Assembly (NCBI GenBank): GCA_013265495.1
Contig: MU058198.1
Location: 322,419-386,418 of the forward strand
Length of the DNA: 64,000 bases
Direction of reading: 5' to 3'
Origin: Vicugna vicugna
Taxonomy: Eukaryota
In this document: positions 25,861-39,479 of the stretch, in pieces
Position numbering within the stretch: the first letter of the stretch is position 1
Layout: the number at the start of each line of letters is the position of its first letter
The notes under the pieces: generated by a model
What the model was told of the DNA's origin: nothing
The model's database searches: none
Seen by the model: only the letters and a program-made list of their open reading frames with translations
Made by a program: the position numbers and the translations under genes

Positions 25861-28307
25861 AATGAATTAGCCTGATATTAGAGAGGTAAATTGATTTGCC
25901 TAAGGTCGCAGCTAGTTAATGGTCAAATTACACTTCTCCTTTGATTCCCGAGTGTGAGCTCTTAGCTGCAATGAAATACTGACTTTTAGAAAGAAAACAA
26001 AAACAAGACACTCTTGAAAATTTGAGCATCTGTCATCTTTAAATCATCTCAGTTCAAAGTACTTGAAATTTATACACATTTTTCACTCAAAGCAACAGGA
26101 GATCATTTTTCTTTCGCAATGGAAGCATGTGGGGTGATCAAACCGCACACCTCCAGGAGGCGCCACTCATATGGGGTCTGTGTGAACAGCACCGTCTAAG
26201 TTGTGCAGTGCACAGCCTGCCCAGCCACAGATCTCAAACGTTGCTAAATTTAATCTGTCTGGGCTCCAATTTCCTCATCTGCAAATTAAGCTGGTTGTTC
26301 TAGAATGATTCTGAGGTCCCTCGTGGGACCTTATGATACTGTGACAAACCATGCACATTCACTCAGGAGAATAACAAACAGGCAAGTACAGAAGTTATCT
26401 TTTGCTTTCCTGGGAAGCCTTGCTGGCGCTTTGCCAAAGTGCAGCATAGAGATGGTTCTGAAATTCCCCGTATTGCCCATAAAACAGCCCTTTTGGTTGT
26501 AAAACTCCCTTGTCAACAAACCCAGAACCCTCCAGAGCTTAATTTATCAGAGACAAAGTACAGTCACATAAAAGTGTTGCCTCTTCCTTGTCAGACTGGC
26601 AGAGAACAGGGCGCTGATGCTTGAAGGGCACTCTTACCGGGCACGGTGCCCGCTGTGAACCGGCACGGCCTCTCCCCTCATCTCTGTCTAGTTCCTGGAG
26701 GGACAGACCCTCTCCTTCCATTTCCTCAGCCTGGAGTTCAGCTCCACGGGCAACCTCCTGTCATTGGTGTGTCTGAAGGGTATTATTTCTTCTGAGAATC
26801 TAATTAGGATCTTTTAAAGGGTTCAGCCTGGGAGTGAAGGAATTAAATATGACTCAGAGTGTGTGCTTTCCAAAGCCAGGCGAAAAATGAGATGATCATT
26901 CATTTGATTTATTCATGTATTTATTCAGTCCACAAGCCCTGACAATGCACCATTTTTATGCCAACCTCTGCTGGGAGTTCAGGCAAGTGGATAGAAATGG
27001 ATGATTTCTTTCCACCTTGGAATTGTTTAGCCATATATCAGGAGTGTGCTCCGCTTAAAGGAAAGTGATTAAGCACATGGCACACAATGCCACGTGTCCA
27101 CCAAGTCCCCTTTTACTTCCTCCTTTTTTGAAGGTCAGAGATTACTTTTCACGGCCCCTCTGCAGCTCAGTGAAGCCATGTAACTAGTTTTAATCAAGGA
27201 GCTGTATCAGAAGTCACCAGTGTCTTTAACAAGCTGGGTGCAGCCTTCAGTTCTCTCTTACCATGGTTTGGGGACCAAGAGTGCAGAGGTGGAGGTATCT
27301 GAACATCTGTCAGCCAGAGTCTCTGAGTGACTGAATGGAGCAGAGCCCCACCCCTGCCCCTCCCCCCTAATTCAGACTCGTTGCAGGAATGAGAAATAAA
27401 CATTTGTTTTCTTAAGCCCCTGAGATTTCAGGGATTCACTTATTGCCCCAGCATAACTTAGCCTCGCCTGACTAATTTAAAATCGAAACTCTTAAACCAG
27501 TTAAACTGGAGGTGGTGGACTTGGGAGAGCACTTGTGTACCTCATTTATTTGGTAAATATTTACAAAGCACAAACTATATGCCAGATGCTATGTTAGCAG
27601 TTTCAAAAATGAATAAAGGATTGTCTCTGTCCTCATGAGGCTCATAATTTGATCATAATCATAATATCACAGTATCTGGCACATAGTAACTGCTCAGTAA
27701 ATACTATTACTACTATAATTGAAGCTCAGATGCAAAGAGATAGTCACACATGCAGTGCATTCCCACTGGCACAGCCAGATTGTAACAAAATGAAAAAGCA
27801 TTGAGAAGGAATCTGTGCTTCAGATTATGTTCCTTTAGCTGAGCTGTCCTACAAACATTTTGTTAGCCTGTGAAAACTTAAAATAATCATTTTAAAAAAT
27901 CTCAGGAAATTGCCCTTTCATAAAAAAAGGCAGATAAACACACTCAACCTCACTTCTGAAAATATGGAACTTCAAAAGAAAATCAGAGTTATTAAATGCA
28001 ACGCATTATGCCGGAGTGGATCCCGGAACAGAAAAAAGACATCCAGTGGAAAACTTGGTAAAATCCAAATGAAATCTAGAGGTTAGTGAATATCACTGTG
28101 CCAATGTGAATGTCTTAGTTTTGACAAATGCACCACGGTTTTGTAAAATGTTAACGTTGGGGAACTAGGTAAGGATATGCTGGAACTCTCTCTACTATCT
28201 TTGCAACTTTCCCATAGATATAAAATTGGTCCAAAAGATTCTTAAAAATCAGTGATGTTTGCCAAGTTTCTACTCTCCAAGTGGTATACACGAGGTGAAT
28301 CTGTGTG

Positions 28308-28498
28308 TAGAGTTGCCAGAAAAAAATACAGAAAGCTCAGTTAAATTTTAATTTCTGAAAATCAATGATTTTTTTAGTATAAATATGCCCCCAATATTGC
28401 ATGGGACATATCTATACTAAAAAGAATCTTCACTGTTCATCTGAAGTTCAAACTTACCTAGAGTTCTGAATTTTTATTTGCTAAACCTGGCAAGCATA
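28308..28498. mobile_element. MER53 palindromic hAT MITE
   Basis: TTGCCAG...CTGGCAA termini; symmetric centre TAGTATAAATATGCCCCCAATATTGCATGGGACATATCTATACTA. Confidence 0.8.
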
Positions 28499-30399
28499 TC
28501 CAGATGTGACATTGATAAAGAAGTAGAAATAAACTTTATTATTTAAAGTGATACTACATAGACTATAGATTTTAATGTGTTATTATTAATTTGAAAAGCA
28601 TTATTGCTCATTTCACTTGGTATTAATTAATTATAATAGTGAGGCATTCTATCTGAATGGGTGATTAAAGGAGTTAATGAAAGAAAGATAGGAAGGGAGG
28701 GAGGAAGAGGACAGAGACATGAATGGGTGAATAAACAAATAAAGAGTGAGTGAGTGAATAAGTGGTACGTGTCCTCAAATTCCAAGAGAGAAAAATACAT
28801 ACATATTAAAAATATGATAAGGCTCTCTAAAATGCCTGCAATCCACTTTATAATTTGAGACAGATTGGGATGAATTGGGAGTCCCAGTTCTGTCTGTTTC
28901 CAAGGGCACCAATGTTGCAATTTTTTACTCAAGAAGGAAATAAAAAGCCAGGAAAACCGTGAAAACTACTCTGAAAATGGTACTTCAAGGAACCGTGCAC
29001 TCCTCTCCCCACGAAAGGATAGAGTGCTTTGCTCATGATTTTTATCTCCAAAATTTAATACAAGAATTTCCAAACATACCAAGAAGTCTAAAGAGCTTTA
29101 CACTGATCACATAAACTCTACCCTTAATATTTTACTCTATGTGCTTTATCACAAATCTATCCATCCCGCTTTCCATCTGTTAATCTATCTTGAGTTTGAT
29201 GCATTGCAAGGGAAGTTGCAGTTACCAGTTCACTTCCTCCTAAATACTTTTCAGCAAGATTATCATTCCCTCAAATTCAATATTTGTTTATAAAGTTCCA
29301 AATGGTAGTTTGCACCAATCTTAAGTACATCATTCATTGGCTTTTGACAAAGGCACTCAGCTATGCAACCCAAGCCCCTGTCGAGATACAGAACATCACT
29401 CTCACCCCAGAAAGTGCCTTCATGTTCCTGATTTTCTCATTCATGCTGGTCTTCCACCTTTGTAAAAAATATCTAAATGGGTAAAATTAAAGGCAAATGC
29501 ATATAATCTAAAATAGCAACTCAAAAGTCCTGCAAGCCATGGATGGCAAGCCAGGAGGATGGGGAGGTGTGGGTCACTGTGGGTCTAGGAGTTCGGGGGG
29601 TTGTTAGTTTTCTGCTGGCAGTGTGTCACACCATCTACCCTTTATCTCGTACTCAGGAGGGTACAGTTGAAACAAGTAACAGAGAAGGAGGCTACTTCCT
29701 CTTTCCCCATGTTTGCAGATTTTGCTACTTTGTTATAAACAGGTAATAAAATACCTGCCACATCATGACCCCACAAAGAGACCATTCCCCATCGTGTCCA
29801 AGGTGTCAGGAATGTCAGGTGCTTTCTCCCAAAACACAGTCATTCAGCCAGCGTTGTTCCAGCATCACCTCCAGGCCAAGCTGAAGGATACGGAGGTTGC
29901 AGGAGTGAATATGATGTGGTCCCTGACGTCTAGCATCCCTCAGTCCAGTGTGAGAAAAAGACCCTTGTGTCCCCAGGCATATCCGGGTCCCTGGCTCAGT
30001 GCCTGGCGCTACGTCATAGCTCAGGTACGTTGATGGGTTGAATGGCTGCATACCTCATTCATTTAAGACACACTTACGGAACATGTCCTGTGACCCAGGC
30101 ACTGCAGATGCAGCAGTAAACAAAACAGACCAAAAAAAAAAAAAAATCCCTGCCTTCACAGTGTTTATATACCAGGATGGGGGCAATAAACACATAAATG
30201 AGCAACTACAGATTTCCAGATAGTGATAAGTGCTACAGAGAAAAATGAAGCAGAAAAGGGAACTGGTGGGTATGAGGCGCGGGGAGGCGGCGTTGCAGTT
30301 TTAAAGAGTGTGGTCAGGAAGCCTCCCTGGGTGACCGTTAAGCAAAGGCCTGCAGGTGGCGAGATGTATATCATGATGTGAAGGAGGAAAAGTGAGAGC

Positions 30400-30943
30400 A
30401 CTGATCTGCTAGTGCGGCTGTACCAAATACTGCAGACGGGGTGGCGGAGGGGCTTGGACAACCAACGTTTTTTTCTCAAAGTTCTGGAGGTCCAAGATCA
30501 AGGTGTCAGCAGGGCTGGTTTCTCCTGAGGCCTCTCTCCTGGGCTTGCAGACGGCCACCTCCTCCCTGTGTCCTCACGTGGTTACCTCTCCATCTACGCA
30601 TTGTCTGAGTCCTAATCTTCTCTCCCTGTAAGGACACCGGTCATCCTGGATTAGGGCCCACCCATCTGACCTCATTTTACCTTCATTAGCTCTTTAATGC
30701 TCCTGTCTCCAAATTCAGTCACATTCTGATGTACCGAGGGTTAGAACTTCAACATATGCTTTAAAAAAATTTTTTTAATTTATTTTTGGGGGGAAGGTAA
30801 TTAGGTTTATTTATTTATTTTTTAGAGGAGGTGCTGGGGATTGAACCCAGGACCTTGTGCACACTAAGCATGCACTCTACCACTTGAGCTGTACCTTTTC
30901 CCCTAACATACATTTTGAGGGGAACACAATTCAGTCCATAACA
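30400..30943 (-). mobile_element. MLT1 (ERVL-MaLR) solo LTR interrupted by a vic-1 SINE
   Basis: TCCAAGATCAAGGTGTCAGCAGGGCTGG...ACACAATTCAGTCCATAACA. Confidence 0.8.
30763..30903 (-). mobile_element. tRNA-Ala-derived SINE, vic-1 type (camelid)
   Basis: Minus strand GGGGAAAAGGTACAGCTCAAGTGGTAGAGTGCATGCTTAG...GGTTCAATCCCCAGCACCTCC (A and B boxes), A-rich tail, degenerate TSD AACATATGCTTT/AACATACATTTT. Confidence 0.85.
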
Positions 30944-31721
30944 GTGAGTGAGAGAGTGAATGAATGAATGAGTGAATGAATAAACAAATGAACCAGCCTG
31001 CTGCTTTGCTTCTGGGTGGGAGAGTGAAGGTAGCCAGAGAAACACAGGCTTGGAGGAACAGGCGACAGGGGCCAAGCAGCCACATTCAGGAGAAAAACAG
31101 AGGATTTGACATGTGTTGCTTTTCAAATCCCTCTTGGACAATTCAAAATGTGGGGTTTTTTTTTCCCCTGACACTGGCTCTTAACTATTTCCAGAATTGG
31201 TTTTATTAACTGCTGGCCTGCAACAGGATATGGTAGAGGAATGCCCTGAATTTGGAACCAGAAGAGTTGGATTCTGTACCTGCTCTCCTGAGTGACCTTG
31301 AGGAAGTCACTTAACCTCTCTGAGCCTCCTTTGCTTCATCTATAAGATGGAGACTCCTGCCCCTTCACAGAACTGCCAGAGAAGTGAAGTGAGGCAGTCA
31401 GCGGGCTGATGAGGGCGTGCAGCAATAGAGCTCAGTAAACAGGAAAATGTAATATAAATAAAAGCAGAAGGTATTAGTGTGAGCGTGCAGTGAAAACCAC
31501 GGCAGGCAGCTCAGAGCTGGGGCCTTCTGGCCATTTCCAAAGGGAGTTTATTAAACTCCAGACCCTCTCCTGGTTGTTTCTCCTAAGCCCCCAGGGCAAT
31601 CAGAGAGCTGGGGGTGGGGTGCAGGCTGGGGAAAAGAAAGGCTTATAAAAGCAGGAAGGGAGGCTGACCCCACCTCAGGCACAGAACTGCTGGCCATTCC
31701 GCCTCACCAAGGATTCTTTAT

Positions 31722-33315
31722 ACACAGGCGCGTATATAAAGCTGTAGATGTTTGACGTGTACAACTTGATGTGTTTGGGGATAAGTTTATACCTATGAAA
31801 CCATCATCACTGTCAACGCCATACACTTACTCATCACCTCCAAAAGTTTCCTCCTGCACCTCTGTTTTTTATTTTTGGTTTTTGTTTTCTCTTTTGTGGT
31901 AAGAGCACTTAATACAAGATCAATCCTCTTAGCGAATTTTGACATATATAGAACAGTATTGTTATTCGTAGGCCCTGTGTTATATGGTAGAACTCCAGAA
32001 CTTCTTTATTTTGCATAACTGACATCTGCACCCTTCTGGAACCAAGCAGAACCCTGCCAACCACCCACCCAAGTACAAAACTGAGCAGTTAATGATTAGG
32101 GCAACAGGGTCACAGACTCAGCATCTGATGCACATTCCCGAGTTGTTTTGCAGAGACTATAAATGCCACCAGAGGGAAAAAAGCTAACTGCGTAATGACC
32201 AGACTGCGGATATGACGTAAGCTGCTCCACCTTGAGCAGTACTCGGTCTATGGCCAGCAGAATTCCAAGAACTGGCCTCAAGAGAATGGGATTAACATTA
32301 TTGCTCATAATAACCTGTATCTTTGTGGGCATCAAAATGATTGTAGCTTGCTCTGACCGTATATGTAAGTGGGCAACTAAAATTGTCAGCAAAGAGATGC
32401 TACAGACCCATGTCGGCATCTTCCATTCTGAGAAGACAGTGCCCTGTGTCAGCATGAAGAAATGACAGGAGCCGGAACTTTGCCTCTAATCTCATAGAAA
32501 TGGAATGATGTTCGACACAGGGGAAATGAAAGCAGCTCTCTTTGCTCCTTTCTTTTTAACCCATTTCTGTTCCCTTTTAACCTTAAAAAAACCTATTTGT
32601 AGAAATGAGATCACCATGCAATTTAACCTAACCCTTGACTTATTCTCTCCTGAATGCACAGCATGCCTTGCCTAACCTGTTAATTCTTTTCCTAGATTAA
32701 AAGAAGTAAGAATGAAGAATTAAGTAGTTAAAGAATAACTAGCTCTCTCCCTCCAGCAGCCCCTCTGGCAATCCTGCAGGTAGATTATAGGGGCAAGATA
32801 ACACCTGAAGAGAGTCAGCCAGTCTGCATGCAGTGGAGAATGACATGGAATCCAATCTCCTGCCTCAATGATTCACTGAGTTTTTTTCCCCCTTATGCCC
32901 TTTAAAAACTGTCATGGCTGAGCAGAATCTTTGGAGTTGGTCCCAGAGCATGAGTCCCCCTTGTCCCCAGATTGCCAGCCTTTCTGATTAAAGCACCTTT
33001 CCTTTCTATTGACTTTTGCCTTGCAATTATTGGCTTTTTAGCAGGGAGGAGCCAAACCTAAGTTCAGTAACACTTTGACCATCACCCCCCAGGCCCTGGT
33101 AACCGCCATTCCACTCTCTGCTTCTATGAATTTGACTCTTGTCTGATTCCGTGTATACCTGAGATCTTGCTGTATTTGACTTTCTGTGGTCTGGCTTATT
33201 TCACTTAGCGCAATGTCCTCCACGTCCAGCCATGTTGCTGGAAATCGCAGGATTTGCTTCTTTCTAAAGGCTGAATAGTAATCCATCATACGTTTTTACA
33301 AAATTTTCTTTATCA
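31722..33315 (-). mobile_element. L1MA/MB 3' fragment split by an LTR (L1 parts 31722-32036 and 33073-33315)
   Basis: L1 3'UTR sequence resumes colinearly (GCACCCTT|CTTTGACCATC) after the LTR. Confidence 0.75.
32037..33072 (+). mobile_element. ERV1-type solo LTR, about 1.04 kb
   Basis: TG...CA termini (TGGAACCAAGCAGAACCCTG ... AGTTCAGTAACA), 4-bp flanks CTTC/CTTT, TTTAAAA ~32901, ATTAAA ~32987. Confidence 0.8.
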
Positions 33316-35083
33316 TCAAAGATTCTTGGTGTTGAGAACTGACAATAATGGGCATCTTCCTGGCCAGATTTGGTGCTAAACTCCACAAGCATCAATTCAC
33401 CAAGTCACCGCAACACTCCCTGAGGCTGGGGCTATTATCTACCCATTTTTTAGATGAAGAAACTGAGGCTCACTGGTTTAAGTAAGTGCCGAGAGTTATG
33501 TGACTAGCAAGAGGCAGAATGGAGCCAAATCAACTTGGATCTACACTCCTTCACAATTACACAAAGCACGCTAAGGTGTGTGCCTGGCACTTAGTAGCTG
33601 CTAAAGATACTTAAGCATCTCAATTCTCCAGTTTCAAACCCAGCTCTGACACTTCCCAGCTGTGAGACTTTGCACAAGTTATTTATCTCCTCAGAGGGCC
33701 GCCCTGCCCACCTGTCACCTTCAATACTTGCTAAGTGTGAGTTGAGTTTGTTCCTTAACTCGTTTCAGCCTCGGGTCCCTTAGCTGTAAAATGGGGATAA
33801 TGACAGCAGCCTGAGTGTCAGGCACTTAGCCCAGTACCTGGCAGCTGTCATTTTATGATGGAACAACAATGCACCCACACCCCATCCGGGGCGAGGAAGA
33901 AGAGCAGAGATGGAAACACAAACAGGAAGAATAAATTTAAAATGTTCACATCCTGCTCTTTCAGAACTTAGGGTCAAAAAAAAGATTCTCTCAGCTAAAG
34001 ATATGTCATTTTCCTTTGACTAGGAAACAAGAAATTATATGATGTGTTTCCCTTTTTGCTTTGGCTGCCAGAAAGCTCAGAGTTAAATTTAATTCTTATT
34101 CATAAGTAACTGGATAGAATAGAATCTGGGCTTAGTCTTCCTTTACGTGATATGCATCATAAAATTTCTGTTCTGTTGACTTTATTGTCCCGTAACATTT
34201 AGAGGTAAGGTGAAAAATAAAACTGTTAATCAGCAGCTTGAAAAATAGGTGTGGTAAAAATAATCAAGACATATTATACACTTACAGCTTAAAGCTATGC
34301 ATTTGAAATCAAAGCATTACCCATCATTTGAATTTCAGACAAAGATAAAAGGCACTGAAATGCTAGATGTTAATTTTGAAGTGGAATTAGTTCAGAAGAA
34401 TTAGTTCGTTTAGGGGGAAAAAATGGTAAAAACTTTTTTTTCCCAGAGCGGTTCCCAGAGTGGGTCAGTCCTATTCTCAGGCAGAGAGGAAGGTCAGTTG
34501 TGGGTCCCCGGGCCCCACCCGGCCTGGCACTCAGCTTTTCCGAGTCCCAGCTCTCTAAGGAGCAGAGACCTGCCCCATTTTCCCATGTCAAGGGGTTTCC
34601 TGTTTATGTTTCCAGATCGTATGTCGACTCGCACAAGATGTGAATCTGCAGCAGAAGCCAAAATGACCGGAGCTATTTCTGTAAGTCAGCTCGAAGTTAA
34701 ACATGGTCAGTGTGGGGAGAAGGAAATTTACGTTTAAACTAAATTTTACGCATGTTCCCATTGTCCAGAGTCTCCAGAAAGAGTGTGTGTGTGAGAGAGA
34801 GTGTGTGTGTTTGTATCCAAATAAGATACTCTCTCAAATTGGCCATCACAGGACTTCTCATTCTGATGATGGTTAAATAGCCAAAAGATTGGAAACAGTA
34901 ACAGAGTTTATCAGTGGGACCTGGTACAATGATATTCCCATGGGATGGGAAAGGGTGGAGGCATCAATCAAGGATGAGGACACAGTCGCTTTGGAAACTA
35001 GTTTGGCAGTGTCTGGTTCATCTGAACACACACCTAGCCGGGGGTTTCTCAGCTTTCATCAGTCTCAGAATAAAACCCAACAC

Positions 35084-35262
35084 GGGCTTCCTCACTGTGG
35101 GCACTATTGATGTCTGGGGCCAGGTATTCTCTGTGGTGAGATGCCGTCTTGTGAGTTGCAGGAAGTGTATGGACATCCCTGGACCCCGCCCACAAATGTC
35201 AGGAGCACCCTTGCTCCCACAAGTTTTGACAACCAAAAATGTCCCCAGACAGTGTCAAAATG
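35084..35262. mobile_element. MER20-like hAT-Charlie element
   Basis: GGCACTATTGATGTCTGGGGCCAGGTATTCTCTG...GACAACCAAAAATGTCCCCAGACAGTGTCAAA. Confidence 0.75.
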
Positions 35263-35554
35263 TTGCTATAATGCACCAACATGGATAAATCTCACAAATG
35301 ACGTGATTAATCAAAACACACCCACACAAGAAGAGTACGTATTATCTATGAACTTATTTTGGCCGGGGGAAGAGAGGGGCAAGGGGCTTCTGGGATGAAG
35401 GTAACATTCTGGTTCTGGATTGAAGTAGTGATTACTCAGGTGTTTTTCACTCTGAAAATACATTGTGCTGTGCACTTTTCCGTAATTATATTATAATTCA
35501 ATAACTTTTTTTTAATGAGGCGTATCTAAGTGGGTTGCTCCATCCCGTCTCTAA

Positions 35555-35599
35555 TATACATGATAGGTGGGAAAATCTCCAGTATACATGATAGGTGGG
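35555..35599. repeat. Tandem duplication with 28-bp period
   Basis: TATACATGATAGGTGGG at 35555 and 35583. Confidence 0.8.
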
Positions 35600-37006
35600 G
35601 GAAAAAGCAAATTGAAGAACATGAATATTGTGAGTTTGTTGATAAAGTGTTTCCAGAAGCACACACACGATGGGAGTGTAAACTGTTCATCACTGCAGAG
35701 CACCCTCATTAAAAACACTGAAGTTGCCTACATCAGCACCTCTGGACCCCAGGGATGTGCCCTAGAGAAACTCCTGCCCATTGCCCGAGGAGACTCAGAC
35801 AAGGAGTGTTCACCACGGTGATGCTGGGATATCTGATTGGGGCTCAGAGGGGTTAAGTAACTTGCTGAAGATCACACAGCTCATGAATCAGAAAGCCAGG
35901 ATCTGATCTCAGGTGGTTGAGGGCAGTTGAGGGGCTTGGACTCTCCAGCACATCTGCTAGTCCTGCATGTGGGTGGGGTGTCCTGCCACAGCTGGCTAAG
36001 AGCTCCAGGGCCTGAGCTGCAGGTACTCCCAGGAGGCAGGCTTCTGATTGTGCAGGTGAGTGCAGCATCACTGCGTGCTGCCAGCCTATCCCCCCAAACC
36101 TCAGTCTGTCTCCTTCCCAGCCTTGGGTTATCTCACAAAATGCCTGCCTTTTACTGCCTCCTCCTTAGGAGGTACCAACCTCAGTGAAGAGAGGATGCAA
36201 AGGAAAAGGCTCTCTCTCCCCTATACTGTGGGTTAACCTGGAATCCCCCTTCCTCAGGGGGCCTGGCAGCCCTGCCCTCCCTGCCCTAGCCCGATGGAGG
36301 AGTGATGGCACCTGGCCAGGGTTTGACAGATCCCACTGCCTCGCGGCAGGAAGCCAGGGGTGGCTCCTGCCTTTGGGAAGAGAGAAGCTGTGAGCTGATT
36401 GAAGAGATCAAAGGCGGCTCCATCCTTTATAGATGCAATGAGCTGCGAACCCTTCTAAAGAGAGAGAATGAGTAAACACGGGAAATGATCCTGGGCCTGG
36501 GGACAAAGAAAAGTGGTCCCATCCTAGAAACTCTTACTGGAATCTGAGCTGTTCTCCTGCTTTCTCTTCTGATTTTTGGATCATTCACCAGAGAAGTCAG
36601 ATTTCTTCCCTGTTGATGGCGATGATGATAATGGTAATGATGGTACCAATAAGAGTGGCTCTCACTTCCAAGTGTGCTTGGGAAGTCACTTCTGAGACTT
36701 GGGAAGGTCACTTTGGCAAGTACTTTACACAGAGTAACCCATCTAATCTTCCCACTTCCCAAAAAGCCTAAGAAGGAGGTTCTATTGTTGGCCCAGGGTT
36801 GCCACTGAGGAAACAGGCTCAGAGAATGTGGATCAGGGTCTACAGCTTTGACTATGACCCTGGAGTGAGACATTAAATCCTCTGCCATTCTTCATTTTAA
36901 AATCAGGAGATGAACCCAGTTACTTCCCACTGCAGTCCCTCCCCCCCAACCCACTTCCACATCACCTTCCGACCATCTCAAATTCTGTGTGATTTGAGAG
37001 CCTATC

Positions 37007-37383
37007 TGTAATAGTCAGCTCAGGCTGCTGTAACAAAACACCACACCCGGGCAGCTTCAACAACAGGAATTTGTTTTCCCACAGTTCCGGAGGCTGAAAG
37101 TCCAAGATCGAGGTGCGCCAGGGCTGGTTCTTGGCTTGCAAATGGCCAGTTTCACGCTTTGTCCTCATCCGGTCGTTTCTCTGTACACACAATCCTGGTG
37201 TCTCTCTCTCTCCTTATAAGGACACCAGGCTTATTGGATTAGGGACCCACACTAATGGCCTCATTTTAACTCAATCATTTCTTTAAAACCTTTCCTCCAA
37301 ATACAGATACATTCTGAGTACTGGGGGGTTAGGGCTTAAACATATAAATTTGGGTGGGGGGGACACAGTGTAATCTGTAACAC
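37007..37383 (-). mobile_element. MLT1A/B-type MaLR solo LTR
   Basis: TGTAATAGTCAGCTCAGGCTGCTGTAACAAAACACCAC...GGGGACACAGTGTAATCTGTAACA. Confidence 0.8.
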
Positions 37384-39367
37384 TGGGCCAGATCCATCCA
37401 TCTCCGCCACTTACCTGCGAGCTCCTTGATGGTAGAGTTCATGTCTGGTGGAGAAACTTGTGTTTTTTTAGCTGAGTACATGCCCACTTCGTGCAGCACA
37501 TGACATACATGGTTTACTTTAGTAGGTGTTTAATGTATTAGAAGAATATGTATAACTACCACATTAAATCAATAGTTTTACAAATGTGTTTAGAATGGGA
37601 CAGAAAAAAGCAACACTGAAAAAAAAAAGATTAAATAAATAAGGTATGCTTATTTAAAAGATCAAATAAATAAGGTAGCAAAGATGATGGAGGCGGGTTC
37701 TCAAGGGCTGGAATTGGGGGAACTCAACTCTGAAGACAGATGAGCCTGACTTTATTTCCTGGCGCTCCTGCTCATTGGCTGGATGACCCTGGACAAGTCA
37801 CTCAGCCTTTCAGAGCCCTGATTTCCTCATCTATATAATGAGGATTCTGAATACACCCACCCCTTATGGCTGTTGTGAGCACCACATCAGCCTCGTGACA
37901 AAGAGCACATGGTTCCAGAACCAGGTGCCAGTCCTGGCCCTGCTGCTTGCCAGCTGTGTGACTTGAGGCAAGTTACTTTACCTCTCTGAGCCTGGTCCTT
38001 CTCTAGAAGCAGGGCATGATAGTCCCTCACTGCCAGGATGATCACAAGGATTCGATGAGTTAATTCACCTTCTGAGCGCTGTCTGGTGCATGTGAGTGTT
38101 CAGTCTACGTCGTTACCATCAGTCACCCTGGGGACAGCTCTGGGCGCAAGCTGAAGCTTGTCCATCCCAGAGGCCTTGATCAGAGGCGAGTCCCAGCTCT
38201 AGGCCAAGCCCTTTCCAACTGAGCTGATGTCCGAATTCTAAGTTGGATGTCCATATCCTGCCATTGTCCCCAGCTCTGAGGCCTCGAGGCAGATGACGTC
38301 ATGGGAGCTGATGCTTTTGTCCTAAGGGCTGGGCGAGGGTGGGGGGGAGCTTCTTAAGACAGCCCTCCTCTTGGGCTTCTGGTCGCTCACAGGGGTGTCC
38401 AGAGATCTTTATTTCTTTCTCATAAGCCTCTGCATTATTTGAACTTTTTATAGTGAGCGTATATTATTTCTACAATCGAAAACAAACAAGAAAGCTATTT
38501 TCATTTTGAGAAAACAATCCAGGGCCAGTTTGCACTTTTTTAGATTCCCAGGGTCGGTTTCTGACCTCTCTGGGTCACTTGCTCCTTAGCCTAGCTCTCT
38601 GTGAAAATAATCTGACAGACTGGGAGCCTCTTTCTGCTTCCTTCAGTTGCAGACTTCTCGACTGTGAGGTGGAAATGAGAACGCTAGCTACCTCCTTGGC
38701 TCAAACGAATCATAGACCTTCCAGTATTTAGCACAAAGCCAAGCACCTAATGAGCATTCAATAAATTGCTCCTCTGTTGTTATTCATAAGGGTTAATTAC
38801 GTTCTGAGCCAAATACCTTGTTTGCATGCTTGGCTGAGAGAGAGGCTCCCACTTTACGGATGAGGAAACTGAGGCTCAGAGAGGTAAATGGACTTCATCA
38901 AAGTTCTGATGTCAAACCACATAGCATCTTCTGCCTGTTTTCCCCAAGTCCCCAAGTCTGAATTCAGTCCAATGTCATTTCCCTCCGTAAGCTAATTCTC
39001 TCTCTTTTCTATTTTTTCCAGCTCTGTTGAAATAGAATTGATACATAACATTGTGTAAGCTTAAGGTGTACAATGTGTTGACCTGATGGCGCTGATTCTT
39101 ACCTTGCTGGGGCTCTTTGCCCCTGCCTTCACATTTGAACCCTCTGAGGAGCTTTTAAAAATCCTGTTTCTTGGCCATTTCTGTATCAATTACATCAGAA
39201 TCTCTGGGGGTGTGATAGTAACTTGGGGGTGTGTTGGGGTATAATACTTGGGTAAGAATAGTTATTAACACTCCCCAGGTGATTTCACTGTGCAGCTAAG
39301 CTTGAGAACAGGTGTTTTTGAGGGATTTATCGGTCCATCTTCACTTTCTTATAAGAAGGACCAGAGC

Positions 39368-39479
39368 AGGGTGACTAACTGTCCACTTTGCCCAGGACCG
39401 AGGGAGTTCCGGGGACATGGGATTTTCAGTGCTAAAACTTGGAAAGTCCTGGGCAAACTGGGACTTGTTGGTCACCTTG
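39368..39479. mobile_element. MER94-like hAT-Blackjack MITE
   Basis: AGGGTGACTAACTGTCC...GGGACTTGTTGGTCACCTT inverted termini. Confidence 0.75.

Noticed and set aside
30825..30903. tRNA-Ala-like sequence (also 46075-46152)
   Set aside because: Has SINE tails and TSDs and broken stems, so these are SINE heads, not tRNA genes.
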